In this document: in pieces, positions 12,255 through 24,560 of the stretch
Layout of the letters: the number at the start of each line of letters is the position of its first letter
Numbering within the stretch: the stretch's first letter is position 1
Origin: Callorhinchus milii
Lineage: Eukaryota
Direction: 5' to 3'
NCBI RefSeq assembly: GCF_018977255.1
Contig: NW_024704743.1
Coordinates: forward strand, 31,932,001 to 31,996,000
Length of the DNA: 64,000 nt
Notes under the pieces: generated by a model
What the model was told of the DNA's origin: nothing
Database searches by the model: none
The model's input: the letters and a program-made list of their open reading frames with translations, nothing else
Translations under genes and position numbers: made by a program

Positions 12255-12890
12255 CCGTGAAAGCAGATGTCTGCCAAGTAGCTGATGAGGAAACTCTGAG
12301 GCTTGGGGTGACAGCTGCTGGAAGGTGTTACCTGGAGTCAGAGTTCATGAATACACGTCCGTACATCCAGCGCCTGGAATCCACCTTGATTGGCCCGCAG
12401 AGAGATCAGCAGCTGCTGCTCAAGCTCTGCACCTCCAAATGGGAAGGTGCTCAATGGGACCAGGTGTGTGTCTGGGCCGAGGAGGATGGTGATAAGGCTC
12501 TCACGTATTTCATACTGAGCTGTGTTGCCCAGCAGAAAAATTGCAGGAGTTCCTGGTTCCTGACATCCACTTTATGAGGGCTCAAAGCACACTTGTCAGA
12601 TGTTAAATGACCAACTGGTGACTATCCTCCTGGAGGGGAGGGAGTGGGTTGGGGTTAGCGTACTCTCCTTGAAGCTGAATTGTCTCCAAGGTGCTATGTT
12701 GGCAATGGAATGCCAGAATTGAGCCAGTCCTCTGTGGCGGTGTCAGCAGTCCAATTCCTGAGCCAGGCGGGTCTGCAGTATTCCTCTGCTGATGACAGCA
12801 CAACCAGCCTGGCTCATCAGCAGGACTGAGCAGGGCAGACCAGTCACTGGAGGCAGGGACTCTTCCCACTCAGCTACTAATAATCCTGCA
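12255..12890 (+). mobile_element. Old LINE family X, ORF2 C-terminal fragment
   Basis: EETLRLGVTAAGRCYLESEFMNTRPYIQRLESTLIGPQR matches QETLRFGATVAGRRYLETEFVNTHPYVQCLESSLIGPQR at 25780. Confidence 0.75.
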
Positions 12891-13334
12891 GTAGAAGCTG
12901 TGACTCTTAAGGAAGGAGAAAACTAGCCAGAGTTCTATACCCTTGTTTACAATGCATTTTGCAGTCCCATCTTTCCTCTGTTTGGGGGAGACAGGTTTAG
13001 GACTCAATTTCGATAGTTCCCATGGTTAACCAACCACGACTATTGAGTGAGCCAATTAATATATGTGAAACTTCACAGTTGCCCATGTAATTGTACTCCA
13101 ACAGGAGGAAATGGAAAGAAATTGCATTTTTAAAGTCCCTTAAAATCTTTCAAAGAGCTCCAAAAGGTAATTACTGGCAAAGGTAATGATTGCATTTTGG
13201 TAGTCATTTTATGAACAGCAAAGACCTACTAACAGCCAAGAGATGAATATCCAAATAAATCTGGAGAAATGTTGGCTGGGACACTAGGAGAAACTTCACT
13301 TTTCAAACCATGTCACATCAACATAGTAGACTAA

Positions 13335-14790
13335 AACAACAACAACAAATTTCATATGTGTAGTATCTTTCAAGTCGGGAGATTTTCTCAAGGCACTGGA
13401 CGGCTAGGGATTTGGACCCGAGCAGGGGGTTGGGATCAGGCAGGGTGGAGGGTAGGGAGGGTAGGAGGGTGAGCAATAGCAGGGTCGAAGAAGAGGGTCT
13501 TGAGATGTGCCTTGAAGGAGGCAAGAGAGGGAGCAAAGTGAAGGGATTATGGGATGGAGTTCCAAATGATGGGGGCAGAGAGGCTGAAGGCCCGACCACC
13601 GATGGTGGGGTGGGCCAGGTGGGGGACATGGAGCAGGCCAGAGCATGCTGAGCGGAGGGAGTGGACAAGTTGATATGGAGTTAGCAGGTCACAGAGGTAG
13701 GGAGGAGTAAGACTATGGAGGGCTTTGAATGCGAGGACGAGGATTTTGAATTCTATCCTCTGGGGGATGGGGAGCCAGTGGAGCTGGGCAAGGGTAGGGG
13801 TGATAGGGTCACAGAGCTGCAGAGTTCTGAATGATCTGCAGCTTGTGGAGGGAAGAGTTTGGGAATGCCGATAAGCAGGGAGTTGGAGTAGTTGAGCCTA
13901 GCTCTAACAAATGCATGGATGAGGGTCTCGGTGGCCTGAGGGGAGAGGCAGTGGCGGAGTTGGACAATGTTGTGGAGGTGGGGGCAGGCAGAGTGGGTCA
14001 TGGTACGGATTTAGGTAGAAAGGACATCGAGGGTCAAACAAGAAGCTTTGGTTCCAGACTGGCTCAGTGAGGTGGAGTGGGCATCCTTGGATGGTGATGC
14101 TGCCAGTGCCTGAGACGTGGAGGCGCTGATAGAAGCCGATCAGGAGAGCTTGTTGACATTCAACTGTAGAAACTTAGCTCTCATCTATGACTTGATGTCT
14201 GATAAACATTCTGTCAGGACAGCAGTGGTCCTAGAATCAAGTGTGGAGGCAGAGAGATAGAGTTGGGTGTCATCTGAAACACTACTTCAGTGAGCAAGTA
14301 GTAAACTTTTGAAACAAGCTCCCAAGGGAGACAGTGGAAGCAGAAAATGTCATTTGTTTCATGAACAAATTAGATAGATTTCTGCTAGAAAATAAAATCT
14401 CTGGATACAATATACAGTTTGGGGTATGTCATGTAAAGCGACTGACAGGAAGGCAAACTAGATGGACCTTGATCTTCTTTCGCCTAGCAAATTCTTATGT
14501 TCTTATACCTGCATAAATATGGAAGTTGACCCAATGTCTGTGGATCATTTCACCAAGAGGGGGCATGTAGATATTGAAGAGGTGGGGACCAAGAACAGAG
14601 CCCTGAGTAACGCTGCACAAGACAGATGTGGGGTCTGGAGGTGAAGCTGTTCATAGAGACAAAGTAGAGACTGTTTGAAAGATAAGATTTGAACCAGTCA
14701 AGAACAGGATCAGAAAGTTGAGGTGGGAGAAGAGGCAGTGGAGGACAATAGAGTATAAGGTCAAGTCCCTGTGAGAGGAGCTGTGTTTAA
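13335..14790 (-). mobile_element. L2 LINE (RT C-half to tail), interrupted by CR1
   Basis: HLHNIVQLRHCLSPQATETLIHAFVRARLNYSNSLL; HIYADD split at 14276/14509; (caa)n tail. Confidence 0.9.
14277..14508 (+). mobile_element. CR1 3' end nested in L2
   Basis: VEAENVICFMNKLDRFL; tail ttcttatgttcttat; ctg on both flanks. Confidence 0.8.
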
Positions 14791-15272
14791 GAAAGCAACT
14801 GCATAAGAAAATATAAGCACATTTGTAGTTCCGAAACATGATTTTTTTTTTGTGATTTTAATTAGCTTCCCCATTTTCCACTCCATTACCAGCAGGGTAC
14901 TGAAAGCCAGGTTCATTCACAAAGGTCAAGTGGATCATTTCTGGCTGTTCAGATGATAAATTTACATAATTTCAACCAATTTACCATGCATGATTCAACT
15001 CACCACCACTGGTAAATTAAAATGTAGTTAGTAAGAAGATTGGGTGGCAAATGAGCAGGGTTATCACTCAATTGCTTCCAAAAGTGCTTTGACACCTGCC
15101 AGTTTAGGCCTCATGCCTGTGCCAGACTCCTAATTTCTAACTTTAATCCCTGTTACAACAACAATTTACACTTAGACACAGTCTTTCATATCGGGAGGAT
15201 GTTTCAAAGAAATTCACATGACTGACTGACTGGGAGGTATCTTTCAAATGGCAGCTCCTATGTTTTGGATAA

Positions 15273-15620
15273 GAATAATAATAATCCTTGCATTTGATAT
15301 GGTGCCTTATCTTGTCTTTGAGATGTCTAAAGCATTTCACAATATATACTATAAAGTGAATTGACTGTATATTTTGTGGATGAAATGCAGCACATCGGTG
15401 TCCCACAAACAGTTGTGGATTGAGTGACCAAATTATTATGTTTTTAAGGCATCATTACCCCCAGAAAAGCGATCCGCTAATCGACTAACAACTGGGTTCC
15501 TACTTACTGTTAGGTAAACAGAGGTATGTGGAGTAAGGAAACTTGCCTAACAAACCTGCCAGGAATCGAACCCAGGATCTCTCACTTGCGAGGCCTCTAA
15601 CCAACAAACTATAGGACTTT
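15273..15620 (-). mobile_element. tRNA SINE, long subfamily
   Basis: (taa)n tail, cctacttactgttaggtaaacagagg, head ending ataggact. Confidence 0.85.
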
Positions 15621-15923
15621 GCATCTGCTTTAGATGGACATAACCAGATTATTGAAGCATCTTTAGTGCTCATAATTATTACATTCAATGTAGATCTAAC
15701 ACAAAATAAAATACTATTCTAAGAACATCCCTTCACGACCCCTTTTGTTGCACATAGAACGCTCAGCAGTAAGAACCAAGTGGACAGAGTCTACATGGAC
15801 ACTGCTGATGTATTCAATCCCACCTGCCTGTCATATAATTAACGGTTTGCTACTGCTGTACAACAACAATTTGCATTTACCCACAGGGCAAATCTCTCAA
15901 AATGTTTCAGTGTTCCAATAGAT

Positions 15924-16291
15924 GTGGAGTCTTGTAGCATATTGGTTAGAGCTTTCATCTGACAAGCGAGAGGAGCTGGGTTTGATTCCCGGGCAGGGCA
16001 AAATATTTGGCAAGTTTACTTACTCCACACGCCTCTGTTTACCTATGGCCTCTGTTTAGCATTAAGTAGGAACCTGGTTGTTAGTCGATTGGCGAATTGC
16101 TTTTCCACAGGTAATAATCCGTTCAAAAAAAATTAATAGTTTGGTCACACAAACTGTTTGTGAGACACTGCAATGCGCAATTGGCTCCATGTTTTTGCCC
16201 ACAAGTCAATTACAGTATATTCTGTGAAGCGCTTTGAGATGTCTTGAAGATGTGATAAGGCCCTATATCAAATGCAATGATTATTATTATT
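15924..16291 (+). mobile_element. tRNA SINE, long subfamily, full length
   Basis: gtggagtcttgtagcatattggttagagc...ggcaagtttacttactccacacgcctctgtttacc...(tta)n. Confidence 0.9.
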
Positions 16292-16744
16292 ATATACTAC
16301 AGTATATAGCAACTGGACTTCCAGTGGGAGACATTCAGACAGACACACAGAAAAAATATAATTCACCAGTGCTGAAGTTGAAAGTTCAAAAAAGAAGAAA
16401 TTTTACAATTTACATTTATCCAGCGCCTTTCACATCAAGATCTCTCAAAGCACTTTTCATTCATTCTCCAGTGAACTATTTTGTGCCATTACCCTTATGC
16501 TAGACAGCACGTCAACAAGTTCGTAGGTTTTAATGCTGCTTCCTTGCACATGTCAATGAAACAAATCTACATAAGTGATGTTACTCTAGGTTACTCTTAT
16601 GGAGGATACAGACTCCCACTGTTTTACCATATTATCATTTAATAGTATTTTAAATCCACACAATGGGACAAATGAAGACTACCGTGAATGTTGTTTATCA
16701 ATATATTCCAATTGACAGAGCAAAGGAAGTGTGTGTGTGTGTGC

Positions 16745-16910
16745 CTTCAGCTCCCCTCTTGATTCTCTACCCCCTCCTCGCTCCCTCCCTTCCCTCCCTT
16801 CACCCTGACCATTTCCCCCCTGCTCGGGTCCCAACCCAACTGTCCAGTGCCTTGGGACGTCCTCCCGACATGAAAGGCGCTCTATAAATGCAATCTTGTT
16901 GTTGTTGTTG
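16745..16910 (+). mobile_element. L2 3' tail
   Basis: ttgggacgtcctcccgacatgaaaggcgctctataaatgcaatc(ttg)n. Confidence 0.9.
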
Positions 16911-16944
16911 TGGGGGGCCGGGTAAAGGAGGCAATATTTCAAAA

Positions 16945-17190
16945 GACAAGGCATTTTCCTCCCCATGTACTAGCTAACAATCCTCCAAATAAAATTGATC
17001 ATTCACTTCATGGTTGTTTGTAGGACAATGTTGTGTGCAAAATTAGTTGCCCTGTCTCTTTGCAGTATATTCTGTGAAGGACTTACAGACAACCCGTGAA
17101 AGACACTACATCACATGCAAGGATCATTATTATTCCTCCCGATGTGAAAGGCACTATACAAATGTAATTTTTTTGTTGTTGTTGATTATT
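16945..17190 (+). mobile_element. Degenerate SacSINE1-type 3' half plus a second L2-type tail
   Basis: gttgtttgtaggacaatgttgtgtgcaaaattagttgcc; two tandem tails. Confidence 0.6.
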
Positions 17191-17832
17191 ATTTAAAACC
17201 CTTGGTAATACATCTATTTTCTTACACTTAGCAGCAGCCATCTTTTCCAAAAGACACAGAAGGTATGATTATTATCAGGGATTATAATAAATCTAATAAT
17301 ATATTGCAGTAATTCATAGAGTTGTTCACTGGTGGCCAAAGTGCCAAGCCTACAATACGTTACATGCATTAGTTATAATCCGATTAAATTAAAATGTGTG
17401 TTAGTGGACAGAACAATTACAACACAAACCTCAATATTCATGATGGAGTCTGCAATATCCAAGTACCAGCAGGGATGCTGCAAAAATATGTGTTTGCTGC
17501 AACTTTCCCTTGTGCACACAGGGGCTGACGTGCTGCAATGCAAACAGTCGCTTACATTCAGCAAGTCAACCAAATCAAACTGAACACTACGAGTGAGCTC
17601 CTGTCTGATCTAAGCCATTATGTCAATATCACACGGGCAATGTCATGGGCACTCCAGGCAATGGTCATACTCTATTTGTTTTATACACAACTCCAGTGTA
17701 TTAGATGTGGCAAGGGAGGTCATGGTTCAGTCAATTGGGAAATACCGAAAAACAGTATTCTCTGATAATCTTCATTTGTCCCATTGAGTGGATTAAAATA
17801 TTGTAACATGACCAACCCGAGCCAGGCAGATA

Positions 17833-18070
17833 CAACAACAGCAAACAAATTACATTTATGTAGCACCTTTTACATCAGGAGGATGTCCTAAGGCACTGGA
17901 CAGTGATGGGTTTGCACCCGAGCTGGGGGCTGGAGTCAAGAGGGGTCCATTTTATATTCCTTTAGCCTGTGTGTCACAATGGCTCAGTTGGTAGCACTCG
18001 CACCTCTGAGGCAGAAGGTTGTGGTTGAAGCACTGCATTGGAAAATCTAGGCTGACACACCAATGCAGTT
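17833..18070. mobile_element. L2 tail (- strand, 17833-17945) and SacSINE1 head (+ strand, 17975-18070)
   Basis: ggaggatgtcctaaggcactggacag; ggctcagttggtagcactcgcacctctgaggcagaaggttgtgg...tctaggctgacac. Confidence 0.75.
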
Positions 18071-20154
18071 CACTTGCTTCTCACACACACTGTGAATAGA
18101 GAGCATTCATTACCAATTGTTGAACATTTATATTTTTCGACTAAAATCCAACCATTTATTTGGATTCCATCTGTCATTGTATAGAGTTTTTTGACCTAGA
18201 AATGCTTCAGAATTATCCAGATGGGGGATAGTAGCATTCCTGGAATTTTTATTGCATAGCACTGTATTAAGATACCCAAAATAAAGCATATACACCAGTC
18301 ACATTTGACTTTATGACTGTGATTCACGAACTGGGGGGTATATTTTTCTAGTATTTGTTGTCTTGACAACCTTGCTCTTTAAATACCATTTGCAATAAAC
18401 TGCTTTAAACATCTATAGAAAGATTATATCACCTGCAGCTGTGCTCACTCGTTACTCACTTTACTGCTCATACAAATTAAATATTAAGTTGCACACAAGC
18501 TGCCAAACATGCCGCTTCTAGACACTAAGCAGAGGTTTTTGTAAATGATGCCAGATTTATCTTGTTTGCCTAATTATCCCATTAGCCTGCACCTAAGATC
18601 CAATTACTCCAGTTATATCATGACAAATGGCCTATGGAAGACTCTTTCCTGAAAAGGGCATGTCATTCCCTTGCCACTGGTTCCTATTGCTTGAACGGTG
18701 TAATGAGGTTTAGGTAACCACCTAGTGGAGGAATTATAGAGGCCTGAGTATATGAAAGCGTCACCAAATTATTGCACTGCACTTATTGCAAGTGCTTCTG
18801 TGAGACGACATGTCAAGAGGTGTTTGCAGTATGTGTAGTGTCTATCTGAGTGACTGATTCCAGGGTGCGTGGATCCCCCTGATGTTCAGATTATGGACAA
18901 ACCTTAATCAGAGAAACTGAAGACCATTGAAAATCAATGCATTTCGTAGTTCTTTAGTCTCTCACTGATTTATGCTGGAGCTGCTGCTGTGAAGTTCAGG
19001 AAGATAACTGGCATTAAACGAAAATAAACAGAAGCACCATTAATCCAAACTCTTTAGTAATGAGTTCTACTGAAAACTCAAAGGCATGTACTTATCCAGT
19101 CTTCAACTTATCTGGTGCCAGTGGGTCTCAGTGCTGTTGCAACGAATGGTGTTGAAGTTCATGCCAACCTTTGTTGTGGTGGCTAGTAATGTATTTTCAG
19201 TAGCTCTAAAGCAGGTTACATGCTTCACAGTTACGGAAAATACATTACGAGCAACACATTTTCACATATTTACTGCCTTAAATGATGAAAAAAATAATAA
19301 ATTATATTTGCAGATAATGTTACAAGATTTCTTTTCCTCCAGAACTGAACTGTAGTGCCCTGGTAAACGTATCAAGAGAGTTTCCGCTCAGTATAAAGCT
19401 GTGTGTATCTTACGAGCCTGAACCTAGTCTGTGTGTTTTCTTTGATCACTTCATTTTAAGAACTGGAAGAATTCACTTTCCTTCAGAAGTCAATCCTTGT
19501 GAACTGGGAGAGGAACAGAAGTAAATAAATAAATGGGAGAAGGGAAAAACTGGAATTACACACTGGAGATGGAAATGAGAGTTAATGAACTAGTGTCTTT
19601 GGTACTTCAACCAAGAGGTTATTCTTTATCCAAACAGTGGGTGTTGGCGTTCCAGAATACGCAAGTTAGTTATCACTTAGTTCCTGTGTGTTGTTCCACC
19701 ATGGGGCATCCCTGACAAATCCAATCCTGACCTTGCCAAAACCCAGATGTTATCCACCAGGGTTCACAGGAGAGCAGTCTTCAGCAGGGATCCATTGAGG
19801 GAAGTGAATCTAGAATATGCAAGTTAGTTATCATTTGGTTTGTGTGTGTGTGTGAGTAAAAAAGCTTCGCTTCAAACACACAGCTACTGCATATTCAACA
19901 GGGATCCATTTTCACAACTAAATTTAATCCCCCTGTTTGTCTAAATAGAACATGCCTTTCGACCTTTCAAATCTCATCTCAGAAATCATCGTAGCACTTG
20001 GTATTGCATGACTTAAGAGCAGTCGTACAATTTATTTTGTAAGCTGTAGATTTCATCTATCAAAGTGGAGAGGTTCTAATATTTAAATTGAGAGTGGAAT
20101 CCCATTAGATTACCTGGATTATGGATGCACCTGCTTGGAACTCGAAGAAAATCA

Positions 20155-21170
20155 GATTTTTTTTAGTCAGCCTGGTGTCTAACACATGCAGAAACCCATC
20201 ACCATGCTCAAGAGTATCGAAAACAAACAGAATTCTATGCATCCCACATATACATAGAAATTCAAGAGATAGATTGTTGGAATGGAATGCCCACTCTATC
20301 TTTGGAGGGACTCTTCCTACTAACCTAATTCCGGAAAGTATTAGGCGCTGGTTGGCAAGAGCCAAGGCTTTGGGACCCCAGAGTGTGCATGGAGTGAGTC
20401 TGCTGTATAGCACAGCGCTATATATTATATATAAATAACATGTCTAATCTATTTCAGCACCGAATACTTGAGGAGCATATTTTAATGAGCTGAGGTCTTA
20501 TTTAATAGGGAGCTTTAGTGAGCAAAAGGTCAAAGGGGTTTAATTTGCAATACTGTATTTGTAAACACGCTGATTTCTGTGTGTGGGTGGGGCTTGCCAG
20601 AGTGCATAACACTATCTCTTCATGACCTGCACAGTGATTTGGTGAGTTAACACTGCAGCACAGAGTGATATAAAGACAATGGGAAGGCACTGTGGGATGG
20701 TGTTTGAACACACTGCAGCACAGGGTAGAAAGGCACAAGTGCAGAACAGTTTCATTCATGCTTAGTTTTAGTCAGATTGAGATAAATAGATGGATGGATG
20801 GACAAAGATTCTAACCAGCTAAAACTGCACAGCTTGCCATTGAAAACACAGTCCAGCAAGCTTTATGCTACTTCTACATCTAGGACCACCCTAATCGTTA
20901 AGCCTTTGGGTTTACAGGGTTAATAAGAGCTGAGTGGGAAGAATTCCTACCCCCACTGACTGGTCTACCCTTCTAAGTCCTGCCCATGAGCCTGTGCTGA
21001 CATTAGCAGTGCCCTGAAGTATTGTGGACCCGCCCGACTCAGGAATGGGACTACCAAGACCGCCATAGACTCAATTCCATTATTTCATTGACAAGCATGT
21101 CACCTTGGAATTAAATTCAGCTCAAGCTTACATCCGCCTAAAGGAGGATAGTCACTTGTCTGAGCGTGGA
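20155..21170 (-). mobile_element. LINE family X 3' end with poly(A), interrupted at about 20410-20805
   Basis: Reverse strand ends gcatggtgatgggtttctgcatgtgttagacaccaggctgactaaaaaaaa like 26190-26240; gagctgagtgggaaga is complementary to 12862, 37994 and 39225. Confidence 0.75.
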
Positions 21171-21254
21171 TTGAACAGGATGAAAGTATCAATGATATCT
21201 GCAGTGGATCTGGAACTGAGCAACTACAATCATTTTACTCGTCACTGTCATTAC

Positions 21255-21720
21255 ATTAGCTTGACTGGTGGTGGGTTTAAGCTCCATATCGGAATTTGAG
21301 CCCACAATCTTGTCTTATACTTCAGTGTAGTACTCTAGTGTAGTGAGCTGTTAAAAGCAAGGTCGTGCCCATCTATTTATGTAAATATTGACATGGTCAA
21401 GGGGGCTGACACTCCAGTGTTGGGGGAAACACTGTATTATTAGAGCTGCTATTTGTTTGATATAATGTTAAACCAAACTTCCTTCTGCCCAAGACCCCAT
21501 TGCACTATTCAAAATGAGAAGTAAGTTTCTCCAGGTGTCCTGGCCAACAAACCTCCAGATAAACTGATTGTTCATCTCCTGGATGCTTGTAGCATATTGC
21601 TGAGCAAACTGGCTGCCACATTGGCATACAATTACATAGTCACAACCTGATGTTATTTACCTGCAATGCACTTTGAGGCATGATAACTATAAAACACTAT
21701 AAAAAACAGTAAGTTCTTCC
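21255..21720 (+). mobile_element. SacSINE1/Deu-type SINE, degenerate
   Basis: gctgacactccagtg; ccaggtgtcctggccaac; ctggctgccaca. Confidence 0.7.
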
Positions 21721-23189
21721 AACAGGTTTATTCATACAATTATAATTAACTTTCCCATCATTTCCATTTTATTCCCACAGTTACGTTTTTTTTAAAAAGT
21801 GAGATACAGTTTCATCTATTTTCTTTCACAGGAACTGTTATTTCTCAGAACGGCTATGGAGAAGAAAATACCCAAAAGAAAAAGTGAGAAGTGATTGTAG
21901 CTTCATGCTGAGTGCCTTCGGATATAAATGTTAATTATAACTGGGTGACAAAGTGACTTCAATTGTAATGGAATTCATATAAAAAGTTTATCCAGCCATG
22001 TCCTTGAAAATTACAGGAACTAAATCCTAGTCGGGCATGACTTATTTTCTATCAAGTGGTCTACTTTAAATGCTATCCAATGATTGAGTGCTGCATTCTA
22101 GGAACATCAGCTTGAATGGAGGAGATCATTCAAGTGCCGAGTGCCCTTTATCTGCTGAATGTAGCTCATCTTCAGTGTAGTTCTATTCCATCAGCAGTCA
22201 ATTCATATTTAGGGTTGGATCACCCTGTTATATTACAATGAAAGTTAACACATTAGTGAAATTGCAATCGAGGCCACTCAATTATTAATTGTGTAACCTT
22301 TCTCTTTCCTATGCGACCGAAAACTAGAAACAAGATACATAAGAAAGAGAGGGCGAGGCAGTGTCCGTGAGCATTGTTAAAAAGTGGACTCTGTTATGGA
22401 GCGTAATGCTTTTGGAAAGCACTGGGGAGGGAGAATAATAATAATCCTTGCATTTGATATAGTGGCCTATCACATCTTCGAGATGTTTCAAAGCACTTCA
22501 CAGGATATACTGGAGAAAAGACAAGTGTAGTGGTGAGACAGCCTAATCATTACTGCTTACTTCCTATCAGATCAAAGACAACTTTGGGCTCAAAGGGCAA
22601 AAAATGACTCGAATTCTTTGAAAACTGAAGGAATACAACAACAGCTTGCATTTATAAAGGACCCTTCACGCTGGACAGTGTCTTGGAGCACTTATTTGTT
22701 TATATATTCATTTCTATAGGAAGAGGTCAGTGTATTAATTTGATACATTAAGTATATCTGAAATTTAAACCTTTTGTTAATCCATTTCCTGATGTCTGTC
22801 CTAAACTTGCCCATTACTTACTCCATCCTGTGCTAACTTACCTGCATTTTAATTACCTCCACTAGGCTTGCTCTGAATCATCTCATTTCAAGACTTAGCT
22901 CATCCCTCTTATAGTGGGCTTCAGTTTCATTCCTCTCCACTGTATTGCTTCCAGGCACTGAGCAGCCTCCTTATGTTGTGGTGATCAAGTCTGCATACAA
23001 TAACCCGATTGCAGACTGATCAGAGCACCATGCAGCTTAAGCCTGACTCCTGGGGAGCTAAACTCAATTGATTTGACAATAAAATAATAATCCTTGCATT
23101 TGGTTATTACTGCTTACTGACTCCTATCAGATCAACCAGCAACTTATAGCCCAACAACCTGTTTGCTTTGTTTATTTCTGCCTCACACT

Positions 23190-23420
23190 GTTTGGATACA
23201 TTGAGTGCTAAGCCAACAAATACCCTTAGGCCTCTCCCAACTCCGCCTTGTCTTTGTACTTGTGCTTTCTGTTTTTGCTTCCTGAATGCTGCAACCTGTA
23301 TTGATCTATATTGAACTTCATTTGCCAGTGATTAGCCCAAGTGCACACCCTGTCAAGCTTTCATTGCAAAATTGTGGCTGCGACTTTGATTTGACAGTCC
23401 CACCAACCAACTTTTTACCA
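23190..23420 (-). mobile_element. CR1 RT remnant
   Basis: Reverse strand reads KLDRVCTWANHWQMKFNID. Confidence 0.7.
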
Positions 23421-23759
23421 AGTCTAGGAATCCAGGTAATTTATCCTTAATGGGTCTGCTGAATAGGCTATTGAATGGTTTGAAATCGCTAAATTATTCC
23501 AGATGTGAGGAATCCTAAACTATCACATCTTGGTTCCTGTTAACTAACAAGCCCCGCCTTAACATTGACCGCTTTGACCACGCCTATGGTCAGCACCTTC
23601 ACTCCCTTCCCCCCTGTTCAGCTTCTGTCCTCGCAACTGTGAAGTGCTCCGAGACACTTTCCTGTGAAAGACACTGTTTTCATGCAAGTTGTTATTGTTG
23701 TCCTATACTTTGCAGTGGCTTAAATGGCTATTGTGATGCAATTCTGGTGGTAATAGTAT

Positions 23760-24190
23760 ACATTGGCTACAGTGCATGCTGAAAGGAATTAAGGAGGACA
23801 TTATAAATTGGATAATTAATTGGATGGATAATAGAAAACCACAAATGATTGTTAATTATTAGAATTCCAACAGAGGAATAATGAGAGTCAGAGCCCACAG
23901 GGATCAGTCATAGTAACCCGGCTGTTCATAATATTTGCCAATGACATTTATTAATGTATTTTACCTAAAATGTCTAAATTTTGCTGATGATCCCAAATTG
24001 TTATGGGAAATCGTTCTACAAGGAGTGGATTATTCCTCAGAGATTTTCAGCTGCCAGGCAGTTCATTGGCAAACTGTATTTATTACTAGGTGTAAGGTAA
24101 TATGAACTTTTGTTAAAATAACATATATAAACTATCGAATAGGTGGTATATGCAAGACAGCAGACTAGGAATAAGACTTGACTATGCGAG
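23760..24190 (+). mobile_element. CR1 RT core remnant
   Basis: WIINWMDNRK...PQGSVI...LFIIFAND...FADDPKL, with frameshifts. Confidence 0.75.
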
Positions 24191-24305
24191 CTGCCCAATT
24201 TTTGAATGTGTCCTTTCTAGGTGTCAGGTCAGTGTGGCTCAGTTAGTACTATTCACAGTCTAGGCTGACATTCCAATGCAGCTGTTATCGTTCAGATGAG
24301 ATGTC

Positions 24306-24560
24306 AATAATAATAATAATAATCCTTGCATTTGACATAGCGCCTTATCACATCTTCGAGATGTTTCAAAGCGCTTCACAGAATATACTGTAAAGTGAAT
24401 TGACTGTATATTTTGTGGGAAAAATGCAGTAACCAATTGCGCATAGGAGTGTCCCACAGTCATGGATTGAGTGACCAAATTATTATTTTTTTTTGAAGGG
24501 ATCATTGACCCAGGAAAAGCGATCTGCCAATCAACTAACAATCGAGTTCCTACTTACTGC
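24306..24560 (-). mobile_element. tRNA SINE, long subfamily, truncated; SacSINE1 head on + strand at 24232-24305
   Basis: (aat)n ccttgcatttgac...ttcctacttactg. Confidence 0.85.

Larger units (their letters stand above)
16635..17811. mobile_element. Putative TIR DNA element remnant (arms 16635-16718 / 17728-17811)
   Basis: tattttaaatccacacaatgggacaaatgaagac...ccaattgac versus reverse complement tattttaatccactcaatgggacaaatgaagat...ccaattgac. Confidence 0.65.

Noticed and set aside
22545..23150. Direct repeat attactgcttac...cctatcagatcaa at 22549 and 23106
   Set aside because: Real but short (about 30 bp) with no LTR-like or other structure; probably a local duplication
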